NCBI RefSeq assembly: GCF_006345805.1
Contig: NC_043009.1
Span: forward strand, 15,066,001-15,130,000
DNA length: 64,000 nucleotides
Origin: Octopus sinensis
Lineage: Eukaryota
Direction of reading: 5' to 3'
Part shown: positions 13,801 through 25,706 of the stretch, in pieces
Layout: each line of letters starts with the position of its first letter
Position numbering within the stretch: position 1 is the stretch's first letter
Position numbers and translations under genes: made by a program
The notes under the pieces: model-generated
What the model was told of the DNA's origin: nothing
The model's database searches: none
Seen by the model: the letters and a program-made list of their open reading frames with translations, nothing else

Positions 13801-14460
13801 ATGGACCCTTTCCTTGAGGTGCTGCCCGTTTGAATCCAAATGACCCAATGGAGAAGATATAAATGTAATTTCTGTTTGTTTCTATGGAATGAAACGTACT
13901 CTTGATCGTTTTCCTCAAATTTTTTAGTGTCTCTGAATATAGTTGCAGTGCAGGCACGTTCACTTTTCCATCAACAACTGTTATTTTCATTTCTAAACAT
14001 AAGTGCACCACAGTATATTCCTCCTATGTTAAATTGTTCAAATTCATTTACAATGGTTCTATTCAGCACTGGCCTATGTCGTCTCACACGCTGTCACTGA
14101 ATCTGATGCCTACTTAAATTTTCAATTTCATCAACATTCATAATTTCAACTCTTTCTCCATATCTTCCCCTTTTGGTGATAAATAACCCTGTCATATTGA
14201 TTCATGCTATCTACCCTTTGCCGTAATAAGTTTCTCTGCTGCTGGTGGTATTCTGCACCCTATTCCTCAATTATATTTTCTCTCCTTTGCTGAGATAAGG
14301 TTCTCTGCTGCCCGTGGTACTGAGCACACTGTTCCTCATTTATTTTCGATCCCCTGTTGAATTATGTTTATCTGCTGTTCATGGCACTCTGCTCGCTGTT
14401 CCTCATTCATATTTTCTCGTCTTATTCGTTGTCTCCTCCTATCTTGGTGCAGGTTTTCCA
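10849..14460 (-). mobile_element. Decayed Helitron: N-terminal domain plus PIF1-type helicase, Rep domain missing; 5' end not fixed (possibly up to about 14760)
   Basis: N-terminal SFG...GPYCFSVQGRTY...P.YDQLYIIDADEA; linker DTTLTAWFKLN...LYPNIP..YVF; helicase motifs APRGCGKT, GGNTINSLF, ILDEASM, FGGKVVL, LNSLTPSGM, QLPVRLSY, GHGPLYVAYSR. The 3' terminus is CTAG|T at 10852-10849 with hairpin cgtgga-aat-tctgcg (10874-10860) 11 nt upstream. Confidence 0.93.
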
Positions 14461-14644
14461 CGCGTTGTTCACCATCTCTGTCCCTCCTCTGTATCGGAAA
14501 TTAAAACTAACATTGAAAATTTACTGTGCTTAATTTGTCTTTGATTTAACAATATGTCGATGCATTTTTCTGTGTACTTCTCTTCCGTTATATATATCTG
14601 TCTACTCTGAAAATACTGATAAACCTTTAAAAAAAACAGTCTCC

Positions 14645-14750
14645 ACCTCTCTCTCTCTCTCACTCTATCTCTCTCTTCCTTTCTCTCTTTCTCGTTTTCT
14701 CTCTCTCTTTCTCTCTTTCTCTTTTTCTTTCTCTCTCTCCCTCTCCCTTC
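14645..14750 (+). repeat. (CT)n/CTTT pyrimidine tract
   Basis: Direct reading. Confidence 0.85.
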
Positions 14751-16475
14751 AAGTCTTTGATCTATTTTTTACCTCTTCATACGTAGCTATTAGCATATTA
14801 ACATCATTTTATCATATACATTATATGAAGAGCGTAACGGACGGATGAACTAAATAAATAAGGAAGGAACAAGCAGAAATATAATATGATCATAAATTTC
14901 AAACGTTATCATGTGTTTACTAGTCCTGAGCTCTTAATGGAATGTGTAAATAGCAGGCAAAAACAGATACATTTTAGCTATAATGTATACAAATTATATA
15001 GCTAAAACAGGCATGTAGCCACGGATGGGGGCTCTAGAGTGCATAGCCTACCCACCCAAGTTAGAATTTCAGCTCTACCAGTGTGAGAATCTGTTTTATT
15101 CACTCTTGGAAGAATGCATTATCTCAACCGCTGAAAGCAATCCTGGACAATTTTATTAAATTTTAGACATATTAGCGACAGCAGATTACTTTCAACAGCT
15201 AAAAGGGCCATAACTTTAATTTCCTTTTTTAGTGGTATGCGAAAACATGTGAGTAATTTACAAACGCATATGTGAATATGTGTGTGTGCCACTGTGCGTG
15301 TGTGCGTGCGCGCGTGTGTACTGTATAACGGTCAGCAAAGTGGATGTTGCAGTTGTAATTGTTGCTGTGATTCCTGTTACTGAGGTAAATTAAAATTTTG
15401 AAGTTACGATTTTTGCCAACTTTTTTTTCAGAATCGGAATATCCATAGCCGAAAACGTGAGTTTCCCTAATAAATAAATAAATAAATAAATTGGGAGAGT
15501 GTGGGTTGCATCTCTGCCATTTGCGCCCAATCGCAGAAATTCATTTTCACGAGTAACTGCTCTAAGCAGTATTTACCTATAATCACAATTTAGGTTAGCT
15601 GAAATATGCTTGTGGCATATTAGCAGTTGAAATATGTGACAAACATATATCAACTAACCTAAATAGTTAATTTTAAATTTATGTTGTTCCGTATCTACTC
15701 AAACAACATGCAATATGAGAAGAAAACATTTCCGATTACTATATTCAGGTTGGATCAAAGAGCAATCTGTTTAAAAATAACATTTCAGAAATTCCTGAAT
15801 GTACTGAAATAAATACATGAAAACAAAATATTTTATTTTTGCCATCAAACATAAAATACATTTTGTGTATGTTAAAATATGCAACTGCCCGAAGGTGTTT
15901 TTGCGCTTACGTGTTGATATTATTTAGTCACAAGTTAGTTTTGATACACCTCATGTACGATCAGAGCCGTTGCCCATCATCTTAACTCCTATTTTCGTAT
16001 ATATAAAAGACTATAGTGCATTCCATTTGCGACTGTAGCATTATTTCATGGCTTGCTTACTTTTCCCCGAAGTGGGGACTTCATTGCGAGCTCAAAATAA
16101 TGTAGCTAATGGGGCTGATGTTTCCACATGTGGTGGACATAGCAATTGGGCAATTACATTCACTGCATTCAGTATAAGAGGAAGGATGCTCGCGCTGAAA
16201 GGTTGGTAATTTCGGATTATAACACAGAAAGTTCGGATCAGTATATCGTTACATGCATAGAAAACAGTGACGATCAAAACAATCACATACTGATTAGATG
16301 TACGCTAATTGCTGTTGTATATTTTACTCTACTTACGTTAAAGTATCGTGTATGCAAGTGTGTTGCGTACACACATTGTCTGAAAGACAATCGACCGCAA
16401 TTGAAATTTATGTCATTAATTTGATTATCGCTCTTCTTAATGACCATGGAAATATATAAAATGCCTGGCAAATGA

Positions 16476-16788
16476 TTTTTCTACTATAGGCACAAGGCCT
16501 GGATTTTTGTGGGGAGGGACATTCGAATACATCATCCCCGGTACTTGGCTGGTACTAAATTTATCAACCACAGCGGCATTTGAACTCACAACGTAACGGC
16601 AGACGAAGTACCGATTTCTTTACTACCCACAAGGAGCTAAACACAGAGAGGACAAACAAGAACAGACAAATGGATTAAGTCGATTATATCGACCCCAGTG
16701 CGTAGCTGGTACTTATTTAATCGATCCCGAAAGGATGAAAGGCAAAGTCGACCTCGGCGGAATTTGAACTCAGAACGTAACGGCAGAA
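16476..16788 (-). mobile_element. Dimeric tRNA-derived SINE (family B)
   Basis: Reverse complement of the 39181-39581 element. Two tandem cores, each with a B-box-like gagttcaaat(t/g)cc. Confidence 0.88.
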
Positions 16789-16789
16789 T

Positions 16790-16945
16790 GTGTGCTGTTG
16801 TGTTTGTATTTGATCCCTACTACAACTTAACAACCACTAGAATAAGTACCAAATACTGGGTCCACTTGTGAACTAAATCCCTTCCAAAGTGGTGTCACAG
16901 AATGGCCGGAAGTGAATAACTGAAACATGCGAAAGATAAAAGATT
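16790..16945 (-). mobile_element. Degraded SINE (family C)
   Basis: agaataagtacc...aactgaaaca..aaagataaaagat resembles the reverse complement of 45133-45276. Confidence 0.55.
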
Positions 16946-17001
16946 ATACTAAGTTGTCAAAAAATCTAAAATAAGACACCTATTAGTTATTACAGCGATG
17001 A

Positions 17002-17048
<47 letters not shown>

Positions 17049-17138
17049 CCTGTTATATAAAGTATAAACCTGAGACTCATCTCTCTTATGATGAATATAT
17101 CCAAAATTTTAATCAGATATGTAACTTCAAAGTTTTCT

Positions 17139-17212
17139 ATTGTTCATAAAATGCCATCGAGTAAATAAAATGTTAGAACATTTTATTTCCTCGATAGCAT
17201 TTTATGAACAAT
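17139..17212. repeat. 74-bp near-perfect inverted repeat (36-bp arms, 2-nt loop)
   Basis: attgttcataaaatgccatcgagtaaataaaatgtt / ag / aacattttatttcctcgatagcattttatgaacaat, with 2 mismatches. Confidence 0.9.
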
Positions 17213-17937
17213 TTCCCATAATTTCAAAAATATATTCCTAGATTTCGTATTCACTCAGCAACAATTCCTAAAAACGTCGACCCAGTCTTTGAAAATGATT
17301 ATAGTTATTGTAGAGCAGGTCATTGAATCTGGTGATAATGTTAAAGATGTTACTGCTCAAAGATTGATGGTCAGAATCACATTATTGATGAGAGAATTGA
17401 GCACATTAATAACGGTAGCTGCGTATTTCTACATATTTAGCATGTAATAGAAACGGGTGTACAATCATGATAAAAGGTTTGTGAAGGGTGTTTCATGAAT
17501 ACGGGAACTGGTAATTATAATGGTATACTGGTGAGGCTGATATTGTCAATGACGATACCATTGTTCTTTATAGCCATAGTGAACACCGTGGTGTCATTGG
17601 TGGGGTTATTTATGGTACTAATAACACGATAGTTGTGTTTCACATTGTCATTAATTAGAGTGTTTACCAGTAGTATAAGTCATGCTAGAACCTAAAAAAG
17701 ATAATTGGCGAAATAGTAATTACGTACCTACATTCCGTACAACAATTTAAATTTCAATGCTAGGTTTTTTTTTTTACATGACATTATAATGTTAAGAATA
17801 GTTAAGAATACAATCAACAATAAATAACATGAATTATAGCTAAAAGGTAAATTTAGCCTAAGAAAAGAGTGAACATATATAGCAAATTTGTATCAAAATC
17901 TAATATATGAGAGGTTGTGACTCATTTTTTTATTCTG

Positions 17938-17979
<42 letters not shown>

Positions 17980-18011
17980 GTTATATACATAGTTATATAT
18001 ATAATATGTGT

Positions 18012-18062
<51 letters not shown>

Positions 18063-21000
18063 AGACAATTCTTTACAGTGTAGTAGTTTCGAAATATTCC
18101 TGATTAAGCTGTATATTTTCAAAAGCTACTCGATGTCTTACTTGTTAAATAAATGGAATTTTTCTCTAAGTTTTCTTGATTATCTAACATCATTATATTC
18201 ACTTTTCACAAAGTTATTTTTAGATTTATTTCTTTTTGCGTATGAGTGGTTTATGATTTCTGGCAGCTCAGAGTGACCTTAACTTTTAAATTTATCAGTA
18301 TTGCATCACAGGTGTTAAATTATGGAATGCAAAATTGCCTCTCTTTTTTTATCCCTTACTTGTAGATTTATCGTTTAGTATACTAATGCAAGTCTAACAC
18401 AAGCAGTATATAAAACATGTAAAGAAAACTCATCAGTACATTTATTAAGGACAACAAATATAATGTATCACGCACTATTATTATATTTTACATTTGAATG
18501 ACCCACGACTTGTATAAACCTCTCAAGTTTTAATCACATTCTAGTTTCTGATAGATTTGTTTGGTATACAGCAAGAAAATATAATCCTGTAAAGCGTTGA
18601 ATTGGAAATGCAATTAAAACTGGAAAACCAGTCAAGAAAGCAATACAAAAATTAAATAATAAAAGCAAGAGAAATAGATTAAACACTGACAAATATATAA
18701 AACATATATAAGCGCTTTCCTCGTCTATTTGAAAGGCAGGTGTCAGAATCATGCGGCGCCAATTGAAAAGAAATGAAAAGAAATGGTAGCGTTCAATGAC
18801 GTCAGCTTAGGTTGCTAGTAAAGTAATAATATGAATATTACGCTTGAATCAATGAAAGTAGTTGCAAGCCATTTTTCAAATTAGGAGTGTTCAAATAGGA
18901 CAGAAAGAGGGTGTAGGCATTAGTAATGCACTCAGTTCTGTTCGATTGTATTTCAATATAAAATTGGATAAATATATTGGACAATTGACAAAGAAGAAAA
19001 ATTAAAATACAAAGAAGTTAACTTTGCATTAATATATAAATGTTCTTTTTCTAGACTTCCTAAAATGAGAATTTCTTTTTATATACGTATTTATAATTGC
19101 CAAGGCATTTCGATAATTGAAATTTCTTTTAAATTATTTTCTTTTCTTTATTCATTCATTAATCATGTTTTAGTTTTATTTTGTGTGAAAAGAAATCAAT
19201 CTTCCATATAAGAGAAATGTTATATAGTCATGTCTGGAGATAATTATAAATATAAATAATGAAACAGTAAAATATCAATTACTACAATACCTGCCTTGAA
19301 TTTCGTTCAATGAGACAATGGACTGTTTTTAATAAGTTAATCTGCGAAAATCTTTGGGCAAAAGAAATAGCTATTGTATTGTTTAAAATCGATAAAAGAT
19401 GATAATATATTTACGAATTGAATAATCGCCTCTTTTTAGTTGATATTACTGATAGCAAGTAGAAAGACGAGTTTATTCACTGTTCAAATAAATGGCGATT
19501 ATGAAAAATATGGTTAATAATTTATTGAAATTCATCTCCACGATATTGACCCAACACAATACAGAGGCTTGGAGTTGATGCTATAATAAAGGACGAATTC
19601 GATATTAACTGCTGCTAACTTCAAATAGCTCTGTACGTTGTCCAGAGAATATGGAGTCAGTTATTCAGAAAAAAATGTATTTTCTTAAAGACAACAATGT
19701 ATTGAGTATTATCATATTTATATTTATATTGTTTATTAAATCGATTGGCTTAAATTACTGGTGCTAAATATCGCTTCGTAGCACCAGTAATATAGAAATG
19801 TTTGATTCGAAGACAAGGTGGGGGGGGGGGTCAAATAATTCAGTACATACTTCCAGTTGGATTTGCATGAAATATATTCTATGATGCTCAGATGTTTCTG
19901 TCATCTATGTAAATATATCTCTATAAAGTAATACAATACGAAATATGTAAATTATTCTTTATTCATTGTTGGTAATACAACAACCTTTTGCATTGTGATT
20001 AGCTGTAGTGAGCATATAAGTTACAAATTTCACTCGTCATAATGTTACAATATTAATGTCTAAGCACAATAATGATAATGATAATACAGACCTCGGGGTT
20101 GTTTTAATTAATGCGGAAAGCACCCATATCAAAGATCAATGAAAAGTAATGCAATACACACAATAATCCACGAGGGACATAATTATATGGCAAATAGGTA
20201 AACAGCGTTTTGCACCAAAATGCTCTTTATTTTTATCCGTCATGCAGAGAATATTTACAAGGTATCTTCTTAATTCATTGCACTGCAGGCCATTCTGTTT
20301 TGTTTCAGCAATAGTGTATCTACGACAGGAATGCCCAATTATTTGTGCATTTCCTATTTCTTTGCTCATAGATCAGAGGAGGTCCCGTCCAGAAACATAC
20401 TTCATGGTAGACATCATTTAAATTTTTCAATATCTATACACTAAGAATTATAAATAATTGGATACACGCAAATCGATCCTAGAACACAACGTATGGTACG
20501 GTGATGCAGCATACCGCATTAAATTGAATGCTTCCTCATAGATCTGTTAAGTATTCTGGAATCGCAACTGCAATATTATCAGCATTCTTATAGGCCAACA
20601 CTGATAAATAAAGTATTACGTGATTTTAAAACAAAAAATATAACGTACATTGTGTATGTATATCCGTATAATGCATATATAATAGATATTTCCAATGCTC
20701 TACTCATTCTGGTCCCTTGGCTACTACACTCTCGAAATGGAACAGTGAAAATAGCTGATAGATCAATGGTGCAATAATACCCGGTTCATCATTGGTAAAA
20801 GCAAAGTATGAGTTTTACGAAGAGTATCATAAATCCCGGTTACAACCGTTTTGAACTATTCCATTGCACTAAAGTATTTCAAGCAAAATGTTACGCAGTA
20901 TTTGCTGTTGATTACAGAAGTGAGGCACTTCATCAAACTGGTAACAAGAACTATTCTTATATATTGTACAACGGACAAATGTTCTACGTTTGTTATTAGA

Positions 21001-21277
21001 GGGAGGAAATAATGTATAATATAAGATTAAAATGGCAAAATAAAATAAAAACAAAGACGGTAACTGAATGAGAATATGAAGAGCAAGAGACATAGAGAAG
21101 TATATTCGTCTATCATTAGTAAATCCCATATATAAGTAGTGGCTGAACAATAGCAACATGTAAACTCGCTCTTGGTTTCCTCCTAAGTGTTTTGCCAGCT
21201 GGATTGTCTTGAAGAACTCTTCTTAAGAATTTTTCTTCTGACTTTGTAATTGGATTTTCTCGTTACAGATGATGTGA

Positions 21278-21860
21278 CTAATTAGCGCGAAAATGTAGCG
21301 GCTTGACCTGGAAAGACTCTCTGATCTCCGAGCTATGCAGCATGTCGAGTAGTTTTATTCTTGATATCGTTCCGAGTAACCCCATTTCGGCCGCTTGTAT
21401 TCGCGAATGTATGTGTTTTGTCGTTAGCAAGCTTTTATGAAAACGAGTGAGGGTAAGTACAAAAAATTGAACTGAAGATAGATTTTTTGTTAAATTTTTA
21501 TTCAACCACTCATTTTCTAACAGTGCTATGTGGAGGCTACGCATCACTGTGTCAGCCCGATCAATTCTAGCATCCAATTCAGTGTCCTAATTCAAATCAC
21601 TTGTAAATACAACTCCGAGACACACTTCTCTACTTGCTTCTCATAAAAGAAAACACCTCTATCAAAAGGTCACTCACTACATTAAGACCACTCTAAGTAA
21701 GGGGTTGTCAGTTAGGTTGTATCCTTTTGTAACCTCTTTAGTTCTAATACCGGAAACGATTGATTGTCCGATAAATTTTGTAGCGGTACGATACAATATA
21801 TAAGTGCTACCTCCAAGGTTCTCAACTCAGCAAGTTCCAAGGTTTCCCACTTAGCAAACC
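21278..21860 (-). mobile_element. RTE-type LINE fragment (post-RT region)
   Basis: GVVFTSD...ELDARIDRA...SRIQAAEMG.L..I...D...SEIRES matches the RTE post-RT consensus (RI..A; RiQAaEM.fLR; IRe). Degraded. Confidence 0.7.
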
Positions 21861-22484
21861 AAGTGAGAGGAGAAAAGTTAATTATCACGAAATCATGTAT
21901 TCAGCATTTGGATCACGTAGAAATAATTTCGTAAGCTGTGGTTCAATCATCTCAAAATAGTAATGAATCTCTTAATTTTTACAGGAAACTTCTTAAGTTA
22001 TCTTTACCCTCACATAAATTTAACAAGATATCTCATAAACACGCTGTTTAATTATCATACTCGACCACACGGCGCATGCCGTAAAATGGAGCAGCTGTGA
22101 GTAATAGAAAGTTGTGCACTAATGCATATAAGGACCAAATAAACTATACTAAACGTAATATTGACCAACTACTTCGTAGCCAGACTCCAATCATTTTTAA
22201 CTGCATCGAGTATCATCTTCACGTCTGAGGATACGAAGATTATATTACGGAATTACAGTATAGCTTCGTTGTCATTTTCATCCATTAAATAGTGACAGCA
22301 GTTGAGGTACCAGAACATACATAGAACTCTATTATTTTCATCTCACCATAATATATCAAAAAGCGTCTTATTGACTATTCACTACATTTTCAACGCAGCG
22401 GCTTTTCATAATTAACTTAATAACTAGGAAATAAATGAACTGTGTCTCTGCTTAATAATTCCTCACGCTAATATCAATTCTAAA

Positions 22485-22600
22485 TTTTGGCACAAGACCA
22501 GCAATTTTGGGCACTTGGGTAAATTAATAACATCACTCCATTGTTCAACTTGTACTTATTTTAACGTCTCCGAAGTTTGGCCCCTTGGCATTTGAACTAT
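22485..22600 (-). mobile_element. Degraded SINE family B fragment
   Basis: ggcacaagaccagcaatttt...tgtacttattttaacg resembles 16489-16560. Confidence 0.55.
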
Positions 22601-23878
22601 TTGAAATATTGCAATTTTTTTCAGCGTGGTAACGATTCTGCCTGCTCGCTGCCTTCATTCCTCACGCCAATATTCAACCTTAACTCTCATCTTTAATTTA
22701 AAATTAATGTTAACAGCATTTTAATTTTCTTTTTAATTTTTAGGTGAATCGTAATTTATCATTAGTATATTTTAACTTAAATTCTATTATTACTTTTATT
22801 TATTTATGTGTTTATTTTTAGGCACTCTCCATCCCAGGAAATTTGTTTTATTTTCCCATTGCTGGTGTCGAAGGTCACTCGCTAATACTTCCATTCGTAT
22901 GTGGTCATCCCCCGACTTCATGTTTCCTACTCAAGTTCTCATGCCATTATTATCTCATCGACTACGCTAGGGTTGAGTTTTACGACCTTTGACGCCTACA
23001 CTTACCTCACTCATAATTACATCTCATAACAAAGTCTAAATCCAATGGTTACCCCATTCTCTTTTTTATTTACCTCCAGCGTCATTATCATCAACATCAT
23101 TATCGCCATCATTAATACAGATTCTAATATAATTATTTTGTTGTCATTGGTACGTATTATTACTATTTTTTTTAGTAGTTTTACTTTCATCTTTATCACT
23201 ATTTCTTACTCTTTTCATAAACATTCTCATCCTTTACAGAGATATCTTTTTATTGCTTTTTTCTTCCAGATTATTGTCATTATTTGTAGTATCAGTAGTA
23301 GTAGTTCTTGTTATGCTTAACATTATTTGCTTCGGCTATAGTTTGGTTTTACTATAGTACAGACAATATATATATATCTATGATTTAGTATTGGTCGACT
23401 GGTTTCTTTCTTTATGCGTTTCCTTTTCCTCATATTCTTTTACTGCTCTTTTTTCTTTTCCTTCTACTTCATCCTCTTCATGTACTACTACTTCTAGTTC
23501 CTCTTATATTTTATATAATTTTAGTCTTGGTTTTATCCGTTTCATTCTCCATTATCATTCTTATATACATATATCTTCCTCTCTATAAGTAGTAAAAATC
23601 CATATACGTCACACAGTGTAACAGAACACCTCTTGATGCCAGTCTCATGAAATGCCACTCCAATATTAGCAACTGCAAACTTTGTGTAACTATTAACATA
23701 CAATCAATTACATGCAAAAGCGTTAGAAACGGAGTGGTATAAAAATAAATTGTAATTAATAAGTTGTGTTGAATTAATTTTCCATTTTCATTATTGGAAA
23801 ATATTTAAGAATATCCGCGCATGTATGCATGTGCTTGTGTGCGTGTCTAAATGCGATTAAATAAATAAATAAATATAT

Positions 23879-23932
<54 letters not shown>

Positions 23933-23985
23933 GAAAAAACAAGTAAAAAATAGAAAATGCTAAAATAATTTTATAGTGAACATTT

Positions 23986-24023
23986 CAGTACCGGTTTCGG
24001 TCATTTTGAGACCTTTTCAACTG
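23986..24023 (-). ncRNA. Minimal type-I hammerhead ribozyme, U3-A8 variant
   Basis: Minus strand reads CAG UUGAAAA GGUC-ucaaaau-GACC GAA ACCGGU A CUG: stem I CAG/CUG, stem II GGUC/GACC, palindromic stem III ACCGGU, GUA cleavage triplet. Confidence 0.75.
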
Positions 24024-24372
24024 TAACGATTAAATAATTAAATTTAGAAAAATTAGAAGAAAAGTTTTCTTAAAAGAATATTTCTATAGTAGTGTTCAGA
24101 TTTAAGTGGCATTCTGCCTTTCTCTGACTCCCTTGTTTGCACTTGTGTGTTCGAGGTAGTTGTGAGTTTTTGGTAGGGTAGTAGAGGGAAGGCTGGTGAG
24201 GAAAGGGGGGTGGGAGAATCTGGGAGTGCCCTGATGGTCGTATTTTGAATGGTCAGTGGCGGCTGGCAGTCTCAGTTCAATTCAGGGGAATATTTATATT
24301 GACAGGCTTGTTTATAGAATTAGCGTAGGTGTTATACTAAAAAACATTAGTGACAAACTTAAGGGGTAGGGG

Positions 24373-24570
24373 GTGGAGAAGAAGAAGAAGAAGAAGGAGG
24401 AGAAGATGATGGTGATGGTGGTGATGATTATGACGACGATGATGATGATAACGATGATGATGAAGAAGAAGAAGGAGGAGAAGGAGAAGATGGTGGTGAT
24501 GATGGTGGCGATGATGATGACGCCGATGATGATGATAACGATGATGATGAAGAAGAAGAAGAAGAAAAAA
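24373..24570 (+). repeat. Compound (GAA/GAG/GAT/GGT)n microsatellite duplicated as an approximately 84-bp higher-order unit
   Basis: The translation repeats KKKKEEK...MITMMM twice. It interrupts the PLE 3' UTR. Confidence 0.85.
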
Positions 24571-25356
24571 ACAGAGAAGGGAGAATATGAATGGGTGTAA
24601 ATATAGCTATGAAGGGGCTGATTAGTAATGGATTCTATGGAGTGTAGTATTTGTGTGTGTATATATATTTTTTTTTCTCTTATTCTAAAGTTGAGGTATA
24701 TTAATTGTTTGTCGTAGACCCGTTAAGAAGTGGCTTGTATTTTTTAATAAAGAGATTTTCTTTACTTATTCTTTGTCTCGAGGTTGTATCGTCCCTAAAT
24801 TGGTAGAGGGGGAAAATTCTGAAGTTTAGTGTTTTTTTGTTGGCGCAAGTATCTATGTGTTGGCTAAAAGCTATTTTTCTGTTTTGGGGAATTTTTATCT
24901 GGGATCTGTGCAGGGCCATTCGTTTACGCAAACCATTTTTTGTTTGGCCTATGTACTGCTCTTGACACCCGGAGCAGGTTAGTGAGTATATTAGGTTCTC
25001 CGAAGCACATGTGAAGTTGCTTTTCACTGTAAACCGTTGTCCCTGTTTGAAGGAGAACTCAGAACCCTCGATTAGATAGTCGCATATCCCGCAATTGGGT
25101 CTTCCACATTTTTTTACTGTCGGCTTCTGTGTTGAAGAGTGAATTCGGGCTTGTGTAAGGAGACTTTTCATGGATCTAGGCTGTCTTTTGCTTTTTATGA
25201 TCGTGTGTGTTTGGAGGATTGTGTTCATTCTGTGGTCTATATATATATACATACATTTATCTACTCTGTGTGTGTGCACGTGCGTACACACCTGTACACA
25301 CTTACATATCCATTATTGCCTGGTTTCAGTGAATAGATAAAGATAGAGAATTCCTT

Positions 25357-25543
25357 ATATACGTTATTTACATTATTTACATTTGACGGATATTTGTCAT
25401 CATCTTGTTTGTTGTTATCACAATGTGTCGGCTGATATACCCTCCGGGCTTCATCAGGTGTCTTGGAGAAATTTCGAACCTGGTTTCTCATTCCTAAGAT
25501 ATTTTTCGTTGCAGTTGTTGTAGTTGTTGTTGCTTTTGTTGCG

Positions 25544-25597
<54 letters not shown>

Positions 25598-25706
25598 TTA
25601 TTATTATTATTATCATTATTATTATTATTATTATTCAGGTCACTGCCTGGAATCGAACTCGGAATCTTGGGTTTAGCATCCCGCGCTCTAAACCACTACG
25701 CCATAT
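25357..25706 (-). mobile_element. tRNA-headed SINE carrying a hammerhead motif (family D)
   Basis: Minus strand: A-box tggcgtagtgg (25703-25693), B-box gagttcgattcc, then (AAT)n, body, HHR motif at 25461-25418 and an AT-rich tail. A second copy is at 40089-40376. Confidence 0.85.

Larger units (their letters stand above)
23940..25225 (-). mobile_element. Penelope-like element 3' part: GIY-YIG endonuclease ORF plus 3' UTR/pLTR with hammerhead
   Basis: The ORF ending at 24701 is open: RQP..., CGRPNCGIC, NLIYSLTCSGC, YIGQT, R.RMALHR, H..TC, R...KE..FIKKYKPLLN (PLE endonuclease with CCHH-type residues). It is followed by a C-rich UTR and an HHR at 24023-23986. Confidence 0.9.

Noticed and set aside
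15432-15456. 25-nt microexon-like segment (ttttttttcag|...aac|gtgagt)
   Set aside because: Not a multiple of 3, no partner exons, and the context looks like a degraded interspersed repeat.
16337-16379. 43-nt minus-strand exon-like segment (tgtctttcag|...aac|gtaagt)
   Set aside because: Its phases cannot be reconciled with the phase-1 acceptor at 6276, and no recognisable peptide results.
25640-25706. tRNA gene
   Set aside because: A and B boxes are present but no complete cloverleaf or acceptor stem, and it is attached to a repeated body. It is a SINE head.
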